Of a DNA stretch of 64,000 nt, positions 46,267-57,127 are shown piece after piece. The stretch covers positions 36,092 to 100,091 of the forward strand of contig JBCDIZ010000005.1 in NCBI GenBank assembly GCA_038748365.1. The letters run 5' to 3'. The notes below the pieces were generated by a model that saw only the letters and a list, made by a program, of their open reading frames with translations, ran no database searches and was not told where the DNA came from. Both the position numbers and the translations under genes were made by a program. Every line of letters starts with the position of its first letter. The stretch's first letter is position 1. Source of the DNA: Pseudomonadota bacterium. GTDB taxonomy: Bacteria > Pseudomonadota > Alphaproteobacteria > Sphingomonadales > Sphingomonadaceae.

Positions 46267-48615
46267 TTGCGCTGCTCCGTTCGCTGGAAGAACATGGGTT
46301 TTTGCGCAACTGGTCAGGCGTATCCATCGCCATATCTGCATAAAGGGTTACGGCTTTCACTTGCTGCGGCGGTCCTTGTGTGCAGTGCATTTTTGGCGAC
46401 CTCTGAAGGGCTTGCACAGGCGGAGCAGGATAGTCCCAAACAGGACGAAACGCCGACAATGCAAGAGGATCAGGTGGACAGCGCCATTCCGCCAGAAGAT
46501 GATGATCTGCAACCACTGATTACCGATGATGATTTTGGCATAGAATGGCCTGAGTTTGATCAGCCCGTTTCGGCCAATGAAGAGCGCGCAGCTGAAGATA
46601 CACCCAATCAGCAGCCTGAGACAGTGGAAACTACGCCGGACAACGAGGCTGCGGCGCTGGCGGATGAGGAGCAAGATACCGATCTGCCTGCCGAAGCGGA
46701 AGAAGCTGTTGCCGATGTCACCGATGATGTGAATGCGCTGTCCGGCGACGTTGCAGATAGCATCGCCGAGGACATTCGTGATTCCGTCGATAACAGTGTG
46801 GACCTCAGCAATATCGACCGTGAATTCAGTAACTTCCGCATCGTTTTTGACTATGTAGATGATCTGATGCTGGTAAAGGATCGCCGCGCATTAACCGAGC
46901 GTTTCGATATGCTCTCTGCGCTGGAGCAGATTGAAGATGATGATGATAATATCGCCCAGGTGCGGCGCCGGGCAGAGCGCGACAAGGATCTGCTGACCCG
47001 GCTATTACGGATATATGGCCATTATGATGGCTATGTTGTGCAGACGATTGAGGAAGACACCACCGGCGCGGCCGATCTGGCGGTTGTGTTCACCATACAG
47101 GCCGGGCCGCATTACAGTCTGAACGCTGTTGATCTTGGCAATCTGGATAATACGGGAACAGATTATCCATTTCTGTTCAACAGCTTTGGGCTGGAAAGTG
47201 GAAACCTTCTAAACTCTTATGACATCATGCAGGGGCGCGAGAATCTGACCGAGGCACTGGCGGAAAACGGTTATGCCTTTGCCACGCTCGATCCGCCCAA
47301 TTTGCTGATCGACCATGCCGCCGAGACGGGTGATCTATCGCTGCCGGTTGAGCCGGGGCGAAAATATGTTTTTGGCGATATATTGGTTGGCGATGATCCG
47401 CTGCTCGATGCCGATCATCTCGCCCTTATCGCACGCTTTGATGGCGGCGATGTCTATCGCCGTTCGCGCATACAGGATTTGCGCCGTGCCATATTAGCGA
47501 CGGGATTGGCGTCGTCGGTCACGATTGAACCGATCCGCACCGACACGCCGCCGGAAAAGCCCGCTGGCCGTGCCAATGAGGCTGCACCCAAAGCGCCTGA
47601 TGCCCAGGTTGATCTGGCGGTCGATATTGTGCCCGCGCCGCTGCGCACTGTGGCCGGGGAAATCGGTTTCGGCACCGGGGAGGGCTTTCGCGTCGCCGGC
47701 AGTTGGGAGCACCGCAATCTGTTCCCGCCTGAGGGCGCGCTGTTGGCGCGTACCATTGTCGGTACGCAGGAACAGGTTCTGGGCGCAACCTTCCGCCGCA
47801 ACAATTTCCGCAAGCGCGATCAGATACTGATCTTCAACGCATTGGTGGCGAATGTTCAGCGCGATGCCTTTGATGCCCGGACGCTGCTGTTTTCCGGATC
47901 GCTGGAGCGTCAGACCAATTTGATATTCCAGAAAAAATGGGCGTGGTCGGTCGGGCTGGAGCTGATCCTCACCGATGAAAGCGATATTGTCGGCGCCATT
48001 GATGCCACCGGGCGACGGACATTTGCCATTGCCGCATTACCCTTGCGGCTGGCCTATGACGGTACTGATGATTTGCTCGACCCCAGCAGAGGCTTTCGTT
48101 TGAGCGCCTTCTTCTCGCCCGAAATATCCTTTCAGTCGCAGGTTTTTGGCTATGAGCGCACCCAGATAGACGGCAGCTTCTATCAACCGCTGCGCGATGA
48201 TGTGACGCTGGCCGGGCGGGTGCGGCTGGGGTCTATTGCTGGTGCCTCAGCCCTCGATATTGCGCCGTCGCGGCGCTTTTATGCAGGCGGTGGTGGCTCT
48301 ATTCGTGGCTTCGGCTTTCAGGATGTCGGCCCGCTGGATGTCAATGGCGATCCGATTGGTGGCCGCAGCCTGGCCGAGTTTTCATTGGAAGCGCGTATCC
48401 GCTTCGGCAATTTCGGGGTGGTGCCGTTTGTCGATGCCGGCAATGTCTATAATGATGCGCTGCCGACCTTTGGCGGGCTACGCTACGGCGCGGGTCTCGG
48501 TCTGCGTTATTATAGCAGCTTCGGCCCGCTCCGGCTTGATGTCGGCACCCCGATCAATCCGCGTCCCGGCGATGCCAATATCGGCGTCTATATCTCTTTA
48601 GGGCAGGCTTTCTGA
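46267..48615 (+). CDS. tamA: TamA/Omp85 family outer-membrane protein
   Basis: POTRA-like regions, RFYAGGGGSIRGF, FVDAG, GPLRLDVG, C-terminal LGQAF. Start uncertain. Confidence 0.9.
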   Translation: MRCSVRWKNMGFCATGQAYPSPYLHKGLRLSLAAAVLVCSAFLATSEGLAQAEQDSPKQDETPTMQEDQVDSAIPPEDDDLQPLITDDDFGIEWPEFDQPVSANEERAAEDTPNQQPETVETTPDNEAAALADEEQDTDLPAEAEEAVADVTDDVNALSGDVADSIAEDIRDSVDNSVDLSNIDREFSNFRIVFDYVDDLMLVKDRRALTERFDMLSALEQIEDDDDNIAQVRRRAERDKDLLTRLLRIYGHYDGYVVQTIEEDTTGAADLAVVFTIQAGPHYSLNAVDLGNLDNTGTDYPFLFNSFGLESGNLLNSYDIMQGRENLTEALAENGYAFATLDPPNLLIDHAAETGDLSLPVEPGRKYVFGDILVGDDPLLDADHLALIARFDGGDVYRRSRIQDLRRAILATGLASSVTIEPIRTDTPPEKPAGRANEAAPKAPDAQVDLAVDIVPAPLRTVAGEIGFGTGEGFRVAGSWEHRNLFPPEGALLARTIVGTQEQVLGATFRRNNFRKRDQILIFNALVANVQRDAFDARTLLFSGSLERQTNLIFQKKWAWSVGLELILTDESDIVGAIDATGRRTFAIAALPLRLAYDGTDDLLDPSRGFRLSAFFSPEISFQSQVFGYERTQIDGSFYQPLRDDVTLAGRVRLGSIAGASALDIAPSRRFYAGGGGSIRGFGFQDVGPLDVNGDPIGGRSLAEFSLEARIRFGNFGVVPFVDAGNVYNDALPTFGGLRYGAGLGLRYYSSFGPLRLDVGTPINPRPGDANIGVYISLGQAF

Positions 48616-51600
48616 TGGCGCAGGATAAAGACACTATCGCCGAAGAGGGCGTGCCCGAAGAAGAGGATTTCGCCAGCGCCGTATTGGGCGAGGATGAGGC
48701 GATCCGCAAATCCCGCTGGCGCTGGCCGCGGCGCTTTGGCATTGCTCTGGTGCTGCTTGTGGCAACGCTGATCCTGCTGGCACTGGGTCTGGACACGCAA
48801 CCGGGTCACCGCTTCGTCGTCAACCGCATCGAAGCCTTGGAACTGGAAAACGGTCTGCGCATCCGCATGGAGCGGATTGATGGCTCGATCTATGAAGAGG
48901 CGATCATCCATGATCTCGAATTGCTTGACCCGGAAGGGCTTTTCTTCAGCGTCGAAAAGACGACGCTCAACTGGCGGCCTTTGGCATGGTTCTCGAACAA
49001 GCTCGATATTCGCGCGCTGCTGCTCAAAGATGCGCGACTGGAGAAAATTCCGGCACTACGGGATACGGGCAGCGATGAGCCTATTTTGCCCGGCTTTGAT
49101 ATCCGTATCGACCAGTTCGAGGCCAAATCCTTTACCATCGCAGAGGGCATAGCGGGGGATGAACGCATCGGTGATCTAACCGGCAATGCCGATATCCGCG
49201 ACGGGCTGGCCAAACTCAATCTCGATGCGCGTTTGCGCAATGGCGAGGATCGTATTCTCGCCGATATCGATATCGCGCCCGATAAGGACCGCTTTGACGC
49301 CAAGCTGGATATTGGCGCGCCCGCCGATGGTGTGATTGCTGCGCTGGCTGGGCTGGATCGCAATCTCACCATCGCACTGGATGGGGCAGGGAGCTATCGT
49401 CAATGGAGCGGCAAGCTCGTCGCTGAGGCTAATAAGCAGCCATTGGTGGACTTCGATCTGGGTGCGAGCAGCGGCGATTATACCATTGTTGGTACACTGT
49501 TTCCGGGCGACTTTATCAGCGGCACAGTGGCAGAGCTGATCGGGCCGAAAGTCGCGGTCGATTGGGCAGGGCGGCTGGATGATCGGGTATTGAGCAATGC
49601 CCTATCATTGCGAGGGGACACCTTTGCCGGTGAAGCCAATGGCGCGGTTGATCTGGGCGAGAACCGCTTTGACAATGTGCAGATACAGGCGCGCAGTTTG
49701 CAGCGTGACCTTGTTATCGCCGGCCTTACCGCCAGCGCCTTGCAGCTTGAGGGCAAGCTGGATGGGGCTTTTTCGGAACTGAATTCGCCTTATAGCCTCA
49801 GCGCCGCCAATATCGCGTTCGCCGATTATGCTATGGCGCAGCCGGTGTTGAAGGGGCAGTTGTTGCGACAGGAAGGTGCCTGGGCAACGGACTTTGATCT
49901 TACCAATGTCGGCATCGCCACAAATAATGATTTCCTCGACAATTTGCTGACCGGAGCTGCACTATCCGGCCTGGTGCGGCTCGATGATGGCAATGTCACC
50001 TCAGACAAACTCGAACTGCGCGGCGACAATCTCAGCGCCGATCTGGCATTGAATGGCACATTAGCCGACAGCGATTACCGCCTGACCGGCGATGTTCGCG
50101 CGCCCGACTTTCCGGTACAGAATCTCGCGGAACTCGACATTCAGGCCGACATTGATGCGCGGTTTAATGATAGCTGGTCGGTAACGGCGGATATTGACGG
50201 GCAAATACGATCAGTCAGCAACCAGAGCTTTGCCGTCTATGTCGGCGAGACCGGACGCTTCAGCGCCAATGTCGTCGCGGCTCAGGGCCAGCCGATCCTT
50301 GTGCGCGATGCCGATTTTGCCGCCACCCAACTGGCCTTTATAGGCGGCGGGCGGCTGGAGCCTGATGGCCGTATCGTGCTGACCGCGGCGGGCAATCATG
50401 TGCGCTATGGTGGTTTTGATGTCGATGTTGACGGCAATACCCAAAGCGCCAGCGCCAATATCTTCCTCGCCAGTCCTTATCCTGCGCTTGATATACGGGA
50501 TGTCGCCATCGCTGTGGCGCCATCAGCGGATGGCTTTACCGTCAATGCCAATGGCCAGTCGGTGCTGGGCAGCTTTGCCGGTGATGCCGCTATCACCGCG
50601 CTCGACAATGGCCTGACGCGGATCAATTTGGATGCGCTGCGTCTGTCCGATACCTTTATACGCGGGATAGTAACCGCCGGTGATGAAGGCTTGCGCGGTG
50701 ATCTGGCGGCCAATGGCGGCGGGGTTGAAGGCACCATCAAAGTCCGTCCGGTCTCGGGTCGCAACAGCCTGATCGCCGATCTGGAATTGCGCAATGCCGC
50801 CTTTGTCGGCGCAACCCCGATCAGGATACGTCAGGGCAGTATCGATGCGGCGGTATTGCTTGGTGACGGACCGGTAGAGGTTGATGCCACCGCCAGCGCG
50901 CAGGGGATATCACGCGGCAATCTGTTTATCGGTCGGCTGGCAGGCAACGCACAGTTGAGTGGCCGATCCGGCACCATAACCGCCTCAGTCGCCGGGCGGC
51001 GCGGCAGCCGTTTTGCCATGGCCGGCGAAGCTTTGGTGCGGCCTAACCGTATCTCCTTTGATCTCACTGGCGCCTATGCTGGCAAGAAGATTGATATGCC
51101 CAAGGCGGGGACGCTGATCCGCACCGATGCCGGTTGGCGGCTGGATAAAACAAAGCTCAACATCGCCAATGGTTCGGTTGAAGCCTCGGGTCGAGTTGGA
51201 CGGACAACACAGATAGATTTTGCACTTGATCGTCTGCCGCTGACAATACTGGATATCGGTTTCGAGAATCTTGGTCTGGGTGGCACCGCCTCAGGCGATA
51301 TGAACCTCAGATTCAATCGTCGCGGCCTACCCTATGGCACCGCCAAACTGCAGCTGAACCGCCTCACGCGTTCCAGTGCGGCGCTGACCTCGCGACCGGT
51401 TGATCTGGCGGTCAATGCCAAGCTGACCGAGGATAAGCTGGCGTTGCGCAGTATCATCCGCGATGCCGATCGTGAACTCGGTCGGGCGCAATTGCGGTTG
51501 ACCAATATCTCGCAAAATCCCGACCCGATCCGGCGCTATACTCAGGCCGATATGCTCGGGCAGATCCGCTTTAATGGCCCGGCAGATGCCCTGTGGCGGC

Positions 51601-52829
51601 TGGTGGGACTGGATCTTTTTGACATTACCGGATCGCTGGAGGTCAGTGCCGATGCCACGGGAACATTGGTCGACCCTAGAGTGCGCGGGCGTGTCGCCAC
51701 CCGTGACGCACAGCTGGAAAGCGGTCTGTCCGGCACAGTCATCAGCGATATTTCCGCCGATGGCCGCTTCTCGGGTGCTCGCCTTAATCTGACGCAATTT
51801 AGCGGGACAGCGCCTAATGGTGGAACGGTCAGCGGGTCCGGCGTTATCGATCTTGGCGGACGACGCGGCGTGATGCTCGACCTGAAGGGGCAAGCAGAGA
51901 ATGCCGAACTGCTCGACCGGGATGACTTTGGCGCGACTGTTACCGGCCCGATTTATATCCGCTCCGATGGCGTCGGCGGTACATTGGGCGGCGATCTGGT
52001 GATCAACAAAGGTCGTTTTGTGCTGGGCCAGACCGATGTGCTCTATGAACTGCCCAATATTGCCTATCGCGAGATTAACCGCCGCGCCGATGAAGCCCCA
52101 CCGCGTGCAACCGCTACGCCATGGCGCTATGCGATCAAGGCGAAAGCGCGCAGTCGCATTGATGTGCGCGGGTTGGGGCTGAACAGCGAATGGCGTGCCG
52201 ATATTGCGCTTGCTGGCCCGGTCAACCAGCCGCAGATTAGTGGGCAGGCCGAACTGGTGCGTGGCGAATATGAATTTGCCGGACGCGACTTTGATCTGGA
52301 ACGCGGTATTATCCGTTTTCAGGAGAACTACCCACCAGACCCTACATTGGATATTGAAGCCAACGCCAATTTGCAGGGCCTGAGCGCAACCATCAATGTG
52401 CGCGGCACCGGCCAACGCCCCGAGATTACGTTTAACAGTATCCCTGCGCTGCCCGAGGATGAGCTGCTGGCGCGGCTGATTTTCGGCTCATCAGTGACCG
52501 ACATTTCCGCAGCCGAGGCAGTTCAGCTGGCTGCGGCTCTGGCATCGCTGCGTGGCGGTGGCGGGCTCGATCCGATCAACGCGCTGCGCGGTGCAGTGGG
52601 CCTCGACCGGTTGCGTATCATCGCCGCTGACCCGGCTATCGGTGCGGGCACCAGCATTGCGGCAGGCAAATATCTCACCCGCCGCGTCTATGTTGAGGTC
52701 ATCACCGATGGCGCTGGCTATTCTGCCACCCAGGCCGAGTTCCAGATCACCCGTTGGCTATCGATCTTGTCCAGCATCTCGACCATCGGCAGGCAGGGCG
52801 TAAGCGCACGGATATCGCGGGATTATTAG
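48615..52829 (+). CDS. tamB: TamB (DUF490) translocation and assembly module protein
   Basis: N-terminal TM anchor, long beta-taco repeats, GLNSEW, GKYLTRRVYVE. Directly follows tamA. Confidence 0.92.
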   Translation: MAQDKDTIAEEGVPEEEDFASAVLGEDEAIRKSRWRWPRRFGIALVLLVATLILLALGLDTQPGHRFVVNRIEALELENGLRIRMERIDGSIYEEAIIHDLELLDPEGLFFSVEKTTLNWRPLAWFSNKLDIRALLLKDARLEKIPALRDTGSDEPILPGFDIRIDQFEAKSFTIAEGIAGDERIGDLTGNADIRDGLAKLNLDARLRNGEDRILADIDIAPDKDRFDAKLDIGAPADGVIAALAGLDRNLTIALDGAGSYRQWSGKLVAEANKQPLVDFDLGASSGDYTIVGTLFPGDFISGTVAELIGPKVAVDWAGRLDDRVLSNALSLRGDTFAGEANGAVDLGENRFDNVQIQARSLQRDLVIAGLTASALQLEGKLDGAFSELNSPYSLSAANIAFADYAMAQPVLKGQLLRQEGAWATDFDLTNVGIATNNDFLDNLLTGAALSGLVRLDDGNVTSDKLELRGDNLSADLALNGTLADSDYRLTGDVRAPDFPVQNLAELDIQADIDARFNDSWSVTADIDGQIRSVSNQSFAVYVGETGRFSANVVAAQGQPILVRDADFAATQLAFIGGGRLEPDGRIVLTAAGNHVRYGGFDVDVDGNTQSASANIFLASPYPALDIRDVAIAVAPSADGFTVNANGQSVLGSFAGDAAITALDNGLTRINLDALRLSDTFIRGIVTAGDEGLRGDLAANGGGVEGTIKVRPVSGRNSLIADLELRNAAFVGATPIRIRQGSIDAAVLLGDGPVEVDATASAQGISRGNLFIGRLAGNAQLSGRSGTITASVAGRRGSRFAMAGEALVRPNRISFDLTGAYAGKKIDMPKAGTLIRTDAGWRLDKTKLNIANGSVEASGRVGRTTQIDFALDRLPLTILDIGFENLGLGGTASGDMNLRFNRRGLPYGTAKLQLNRLTRSSAALTSRPVDLAVNAKLTEDKLALRSIIRDADRELGRAQLRLTNISQNPDPIRRYTQADMLGQIRFNGPADALWRLVGLDLFDITGSLEVSADATGTLVDPRVRGRVATRDAQLESGLSGTVISDISADGRFSGARLNLTQFSGTAPNGGTVSGSGVIDLGGRRGVMLDLKGQAENAELLDRDDFGATVTGPIYIRSDGVGGTLGGDLVINKGRFVLGQTDVLYELPNIAYREINRRADEAPPRATATPWRYAIKAKARSRIDVRGLGLNSEWRADIALAGPVNQPQISGQAELVRGEYEFAGRDFDLERGIIRFQENYPPDPTLDIEANANLQGLSATINVRGTGQRPEITFNSIPALPEDELLARLIFGSSVTDISAAEAVQLAAALASLRGGGGLDPINALRGAVGLDRLRIIAADPAIGAGTSIAAGKYLTRRVYVEVITDGAGYSATQAEFQITRWLSILSSISTIGRQGVSARISRDY

Positions 52830-52886
52830 AGGAAAGCTATAATTTTCAGCTTTCCTTAAGCATCTATTGACATTACTGTCAGCACT

Positions 52887-53288
52887 ATGTCGCAACAGCA
52901 TCATCACAGCATTAGCGTTTCTGCATCGGACATTGACTTTATGGGTCATGTCAACAACGCCAATTATCTCAATTGGGTGCAGGACGCGGTGATCGCCCAT
53001 TGGGAGAAAATCGCGCCGCCAACGGCGGTTGCGGAGCATCTCTGGGTCGCGCTGAAGCATGAGATTACCTATCGCAAGCCGGCATTTCTCGACGATGATG
53101 TGGTGGCTACAGTGATCCTCGAAAAGGTCCACGGTGCGCGCGCCTTTTATGACACGGTGATTCGCCGCGGCGAGGAGGTGCTGGCCGAGGTGAAGTCGAG
53201 CTGGTGCTGCATCGATGCCGAGACGCTAAAGCCTGCGCGGCTTACCAAAGAAGTTGTTGCGAAATTTCTGCCTTCGAGCGACGGCTGA
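52887..53288 (+). CDS. Acyl-CoA thioesterase (hotdog, YbgC/FadM-like)
   Basis: DIDFMGHVNNANYL. Confidence 0.9.
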   Translation: MSQQHHHSISVSASDIDFMGHVNNANYLNWVQDAVIAHWEKIAPPTAVAEHLWVALKHEITYRKPAFLDDDVVATVILEKVHGARAFYDTVIRRGEEVLAEVKSSWCCIDAETLKPARLTKEVVAKFLPSSDG

Positions 53289-53407
53289 AACCTCTCCTGC
53301 AAAAACCCTATCAGCTATAATATCGCTGCGTAACAATGCTTGGCGCGGCAGAGCAGAATGGTTATCGCTGCACGGCATTCTTCCTGTTGCTGTTTGAAGG
53401 CTTTGCC

Positions 53408-54496
53408 ATGACCGATATTCTCTATGCCGCGCCGTTGTCGCTCTATTCGGGTAAGGCGCGTGCCTATATGGACTGGAAGAATATCGATTATCGCGAGGAA
53501 TTGTCGCGACCCGAAGTTTATCGCGATGTCATTATTCCCGCGGTGGGCCGTCCGGTGATTCCCGTGGTGCAGCTCTCCGATGATCGTATTTTGCAGGATA
53601 CGACAAAGATTATCGATCATTATGAAGCGGTTGAAGCTGGCCCTTCAGTCTATCCCGAGACGCCGGTGCAGCATCTCGTCGCGCTGCTGTTTGAAAGCTA
53701 TGGCGATGAATGGCTGGTTATCCCGGCGATGCACTATCGCTGGAACTATAATGAGGAATGGGTCTATGGTGAATTCGGCAAGGTGGCTCATCCAGACGGT
53801 ACGCCAGAGGAGCAATATACGATAGGCAAGGAGCGCGGAACGGAATTTAAGGGCTTTTGTCCGGTGCTCGGCATTAATGATGATACGATCCCCGCAATCG
53901 AGGCGAGCTATGAGGCGCTGCTTGCCGAATTGGACGCCCATTTTGCCAGCCATGACTATCTTCTCGGATCGCGCCCGAGCATTGGCGATTATGGTTTGAT
54001 CGGTCCGCTCTATGCGCATCTCTATCGTGACCCGGCATCGGGTAAGATCATGCAGAGGTTGGCCTCTAATGTCGTGGGCTGGGTTAAACGCATGGTTACC
54101 GTTGACGCGCCGTTATCGGGTGCGTTTCTTGCGGATGATATCATCCCCGAGACGCTTTATCCGATCCTTAAGCGGATGATGGCCGAGTATATTCCATGGT
54201 TGCAAAATGTTGCCGATATGTTGGAAAGCTGGGCTAGGGAAAATGCTGACGAGGCACTGCCGCGCGCTGTCGGTTTCGCGCCATTCACTATTGAAGGCAC
54301 ACAAGGCGCCCGGGTTGCGATACCATTCAGCTTATGGATGCATCAGCGACCACTTGACGCATATCAGGCGCTTGACGGCAAGGCGCTGGCGCGCGCCGAG
54401 ACTCTGCTGGATAAAGTCGGTGGCGTTCCGTTTCGCGATTTCCGGCTGCCCCAGCGGGTCGATTTTGTTGACCATGAGATTGTCTTGGCTAGCTAG
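53408..54496 (+). CDS. Glutathione S-transferase family protein
   Basis: SLYSGKARAY, IPVV, QDTTKII, YLLGSRPSIGDYGL. ATG 53408. Confidence 0.8.
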   Translation: MTDILYAAPLSLYSGKARAYMDWKNIDYREELSRPEVYRDVIIPAVGRPVIPVVQLSDDRILQDTTKIIDHYEAVEAGPSVYPETPVQHLVALLFESYGDEWLVIPAMHYRWNYNEEWVYGEFGKVAHPDGTPEEQYTIGKERGTEFKGFCPVLGINDDTIPAIEASYEALLAELDAHFASHDYLLGSRPSIGDYGLIGPLYAHLYRDPASGKIMQRLASNVVGWVKRMVTVDAPLSGAFLADDIIPETLYPILKRMMAEYIPWLQNVADMLESWARENADEALPRAVGFAPFTIEGTQGARVAIPFSLWMHQRPLDAYQALDGKALARAETLLDKVGGVPFRDFRLPQRVDFVDHEIVLAS

Positions 54497-54516
54497 CCCT
54501 GACTGTAATTTTTCAA

Positions 54517-55656
54517 CTAACCAAGTAGCCCCAGCGCCAGCAATATAGCGAAGAACAGCACCACGACTAAATTGATAAAGCTGAAAAGTACGAAGAACCG
54601 GATCACTGATCCCAGCCTCGAAAAGCCATAGGCATGACGCAGCTGGCGATAGAGGTGAAATGGCGCGTAAAAAACAGCCGCAGTGATCACCAGTCCGGGC
54701 AAAATATTGAACTTTACTGACAATACACAGGCGATGAACAACAGCGACATGAAGGACAGCGAATAGGTCGTGAATACCGCATGGTCATAAAAACGATGAC
54801 CACGCTTGCCGATCGTGACCAGCCAGACAAACGGAATGGAAAGCGGGATCAGCAGCCAGGCAAATTTATAGCCATTGGATTTGAGTTTATAGAGCAGAAG
54901 CTCCGGGTTGCTATTCGCCTTTTTCGCAGCATTGGTGACCCATTTGTTGAGCCACGGCACACCGGTATCGACATTGCCTTCGGCATCCAGCCCGGCAATT
55001 TCGCCGTCATCGCTTATCAACTCAGGATATCGAACGGAGCCGGTGGTGGCAAAGCTGATTGCGTTGATCTTGCCCTTTGCTTCTGAGAGCGTCTTCTCAA
55101 CCTCAGAGCGTTCTGCATCGCTCAGGCTCTCGTCTTTTAAGGCATCCGTTTGCTGAGCAACCTGAGCCTCTAATTCAGCCAGAGTTTCCTCATCTGATTG
55201 CCAGGTCCAGTCGATAGGGGATTCCTCGCTGTCTTTACTCGTAGTGTTGGTGTCGGCCATGCCGGGAGAGCCAACAAAGGAGAAGATCGCGAACATCATG
55301 AACACGGTGAACAGGAACAGCGCCATGGGCGAGATGAATTTCGCCCGCTCGCCATGGACATAACGCCGAGTCAACTCACCCGGTTTCCAGGCCAGAAGCG
55401 GCAGGGTGTTCCAGAATTTGCCGTCAAAATGCAGGACGCCATGGAGAATGTCATGCCAAAAGGCGCTGATTGAGCGATGGACATGGCCCGGCTGGCCGCA
55501 GGCGTGGCAGTGCGAGCCGATTAATTCAGTGCCGCAATTGAGACATTGGGCGGGATGATCGGCATCCGCAGCGGTTTCGCCATCGCGCTTTTCAAAGGCG
55601 CGTCCAGCCATTGTCCCCTCGGCCATAGTGCCAATTGCTTCAAATTCACCGGACAT
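54517..55656 (-). CDS. DUF3667 domain membrane protein
   Basis: CLNCG...CHACGQ zinc ribbon, PGELTRRYVHG, several TM helices, YDHAVF. ATG 55656. Confidence 0.8.
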   Translation of the reverse strand: MSGEFEAIGTMAEGTMAGRAFEKRDGETAADADHPAQCLNCGTELIGSHCHACGQPGHVHRSISAFWHDILHGVLHFDGKFWNTLPLLAWKPGELTRRYVHGERAKFISPMALFLFTVFMMFAIFSFVGSPGMADTNTTSKDSEESPIDWTWQSDEETLAELEAQVAQQTDALKDESLSDAERSEVEKTLSEAKGKINAISFATTGSVRYPELISDDGEIAGLDAEGNVDTGVPWLNKWVTNAAKKANSNPELLLYKLKSNGYKFAWLLIPLSIPFVWLVTIGKRGHRFYDHAVFTTYSLSFMSLLFIACVLSVKFNILPGLVITAAVFYAPFHLYRQLRHAYGFSRLGSVIRFFVLFSFINLVVVLFFAILLALGLLG

Positions 55657-55756
55657 TAGGGTTACGCTTTCTCCCCTCGCGCCCATATTGTCTAGCCAAA
55701 ACTGGTCTGTCTGGCAAAGTGAGAATTGCAAAGCTGTCCGCTGGGCACCATAACGA

Positions 55757-57097
55757 TTGCCAATGGACAGCTTTGACCCCCGCACCTTTCGCGATGCCCT
55801 TGGCCAATTTGCCACCGGCGTTACCATCGTCACCGCGCGTGCCAGTGATGGCACGCCGGTAGGCGTGACTGCCAATAGTTTTAACTCGGTCTCGCTCGAC
55901 CCGCCGCTGGTGCTGTGGTCGCTGGCTAAGACATCGCGTTGCATGCCGGTGTTTGAGACAGCGGAGGAATTTGCCGTGCATATCCTTGCCAGTGATCAGG
56001 ATGATCTCTCCAATCGTTTTGCCTCGCGCACCGCGGACAAATTTGCCGGGCTGGATATCGGCGAGACGGGGCTGCCGCTGCTGGAGGGCTGCACCGCGCG
56101 TTTTCGTTGTAAAACCCGCCATGCCTATGAAGGTGGCGATCATATCATCTTTGTCGGTGAGGTGGTCGGCTTCGAGCATGACGACAAGCCACCGCTGCTT
56201 TTTCATGGCGGTGACTATGCCGACAAGAAAAAGCGTGTCCCGGCTAACCCGGAAACCCATGGTACCGAGATGGGCAGCGATGTCAGCGATGCCGAAATGG
56301 CTGGTCCGGCGGTGCTCTACAGCGTCGATAGCAGCATCGCGACGATCACGCTGAACCGTCCTGCAACACGCAATGCGTTATCGGAAGAGGTGATTACCGC
56401 GCTGGTTGATGCGCTGGATGAGGCTGAAGCGGATAACCGCGTTAGCTGTGTCGTGCTGACCGGGGCAGGGGACAGCTTCTGCTCTGGCGGGAATATCAAG
56501 CAGATCAAGGCGCTGACTGCCGAAAAGCAGATGAGCCCGCTCGAACTGGAACAATGGTATCGCGACCATATCCAGCGTATCCCGCGCACGATGGATGCAA
56601 TGTCAGTGCCAATTATCGCGGCGATTAACGGCCATGCCATTGGTGCTGGCTGCGATCTGGCGTGTATGTGTGATATCCGTATCGCTTCGGATAATGCGGT
56701 TTTTGCCGAGAGTTTTCTGCGCGTCGGGATTATTCCCGGCGATGGCGGCGCATGGCTTTTGCCGCGCACAATTGGCATGGCGCGAGCGAGCCAGATGCTG
56801 CTCACCGGCGAGTTTATCGATGCAGCCAAGGCGCTCGACTATGGTCTGGTCACCGAAGTGCTGGCTGCTGACGCACTGCTTGACCGTGCCCAAAAGCTGG
56901 CCGAGATGGTGGTGCAATATCCACCCGCTGCTATCCGTAAATCCAAACGCCTGCTGAAGGATGCCCGCGATATGTCGCTGGGTGAGCATCTGGATGAAGC
57001 AGCGATCTGGCAGGGTGTGTTGCAACAGATGGACGATCATCGTGAGGCGATTGACGCGATATTGGAAAAACGGGCGCCGCGTTTCAGTGGCCGCTGA
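55757..57097 (+). CDS. Flavin reductase-like domain fused to enoyl-CoA hydratase/isomerase
   Basis: N-terminal FRDALGQFATGVT, NSFNSVSLDPPLVL, GGDH. C-terminal LNRP..RNAL, FCSGGN, AINGHAIGAG. Confidence 0.88.
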   Translation: MPMDSFDPRTFRDALGQFATGVTIVTARASDGTPVGVTANSFNSVSLDPPLVLWSLAKTSRCMPVFETAEEFAVHILASDQDDLSNRFASRTADKFAGLDIGETGLPLLEGCTARFRCKTRHAYEGGDHIIFVGEVVGFEHDDKPPLLFHGGDYADKKKRVPANPETHGTEMGSDVSDAEMAGPAVLYSVDSSIATITLNRPATRNALSEEVITALVDALDEAEADNRVSCVVLTGAGDSFCSGGNIKQIKALTAEKQMSPLELEQWYRDHIQRIPRTMDAMSVPIIAAINGHAIGAGCDLACMCDIRIASDNAVFAESFLRVGIIPGDGGAWLLPRTIGMARASQMLLTGEFIDAAKALDYGLVTEVLAADALLDRAQKLAEMVVQYPPAAIRKSKRLLKDARDMSLGEHLDEAAIWQGVLQQMDDHREAIDAILEKRAPRFSGR

Positions 57098-57127
57098 ACA
57101 CCTTCCCGTGTTTAATGCACCCTGACC

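Noticed and set aside
51327-52415. 362-aa antisense ORF inside tamB
   Set aside because: Shadow ORF from GC-rich codon bias, with no recognisable motifs. The same applies to 25271-26086, 58289-58972 and most overlapping ORFs in the track.
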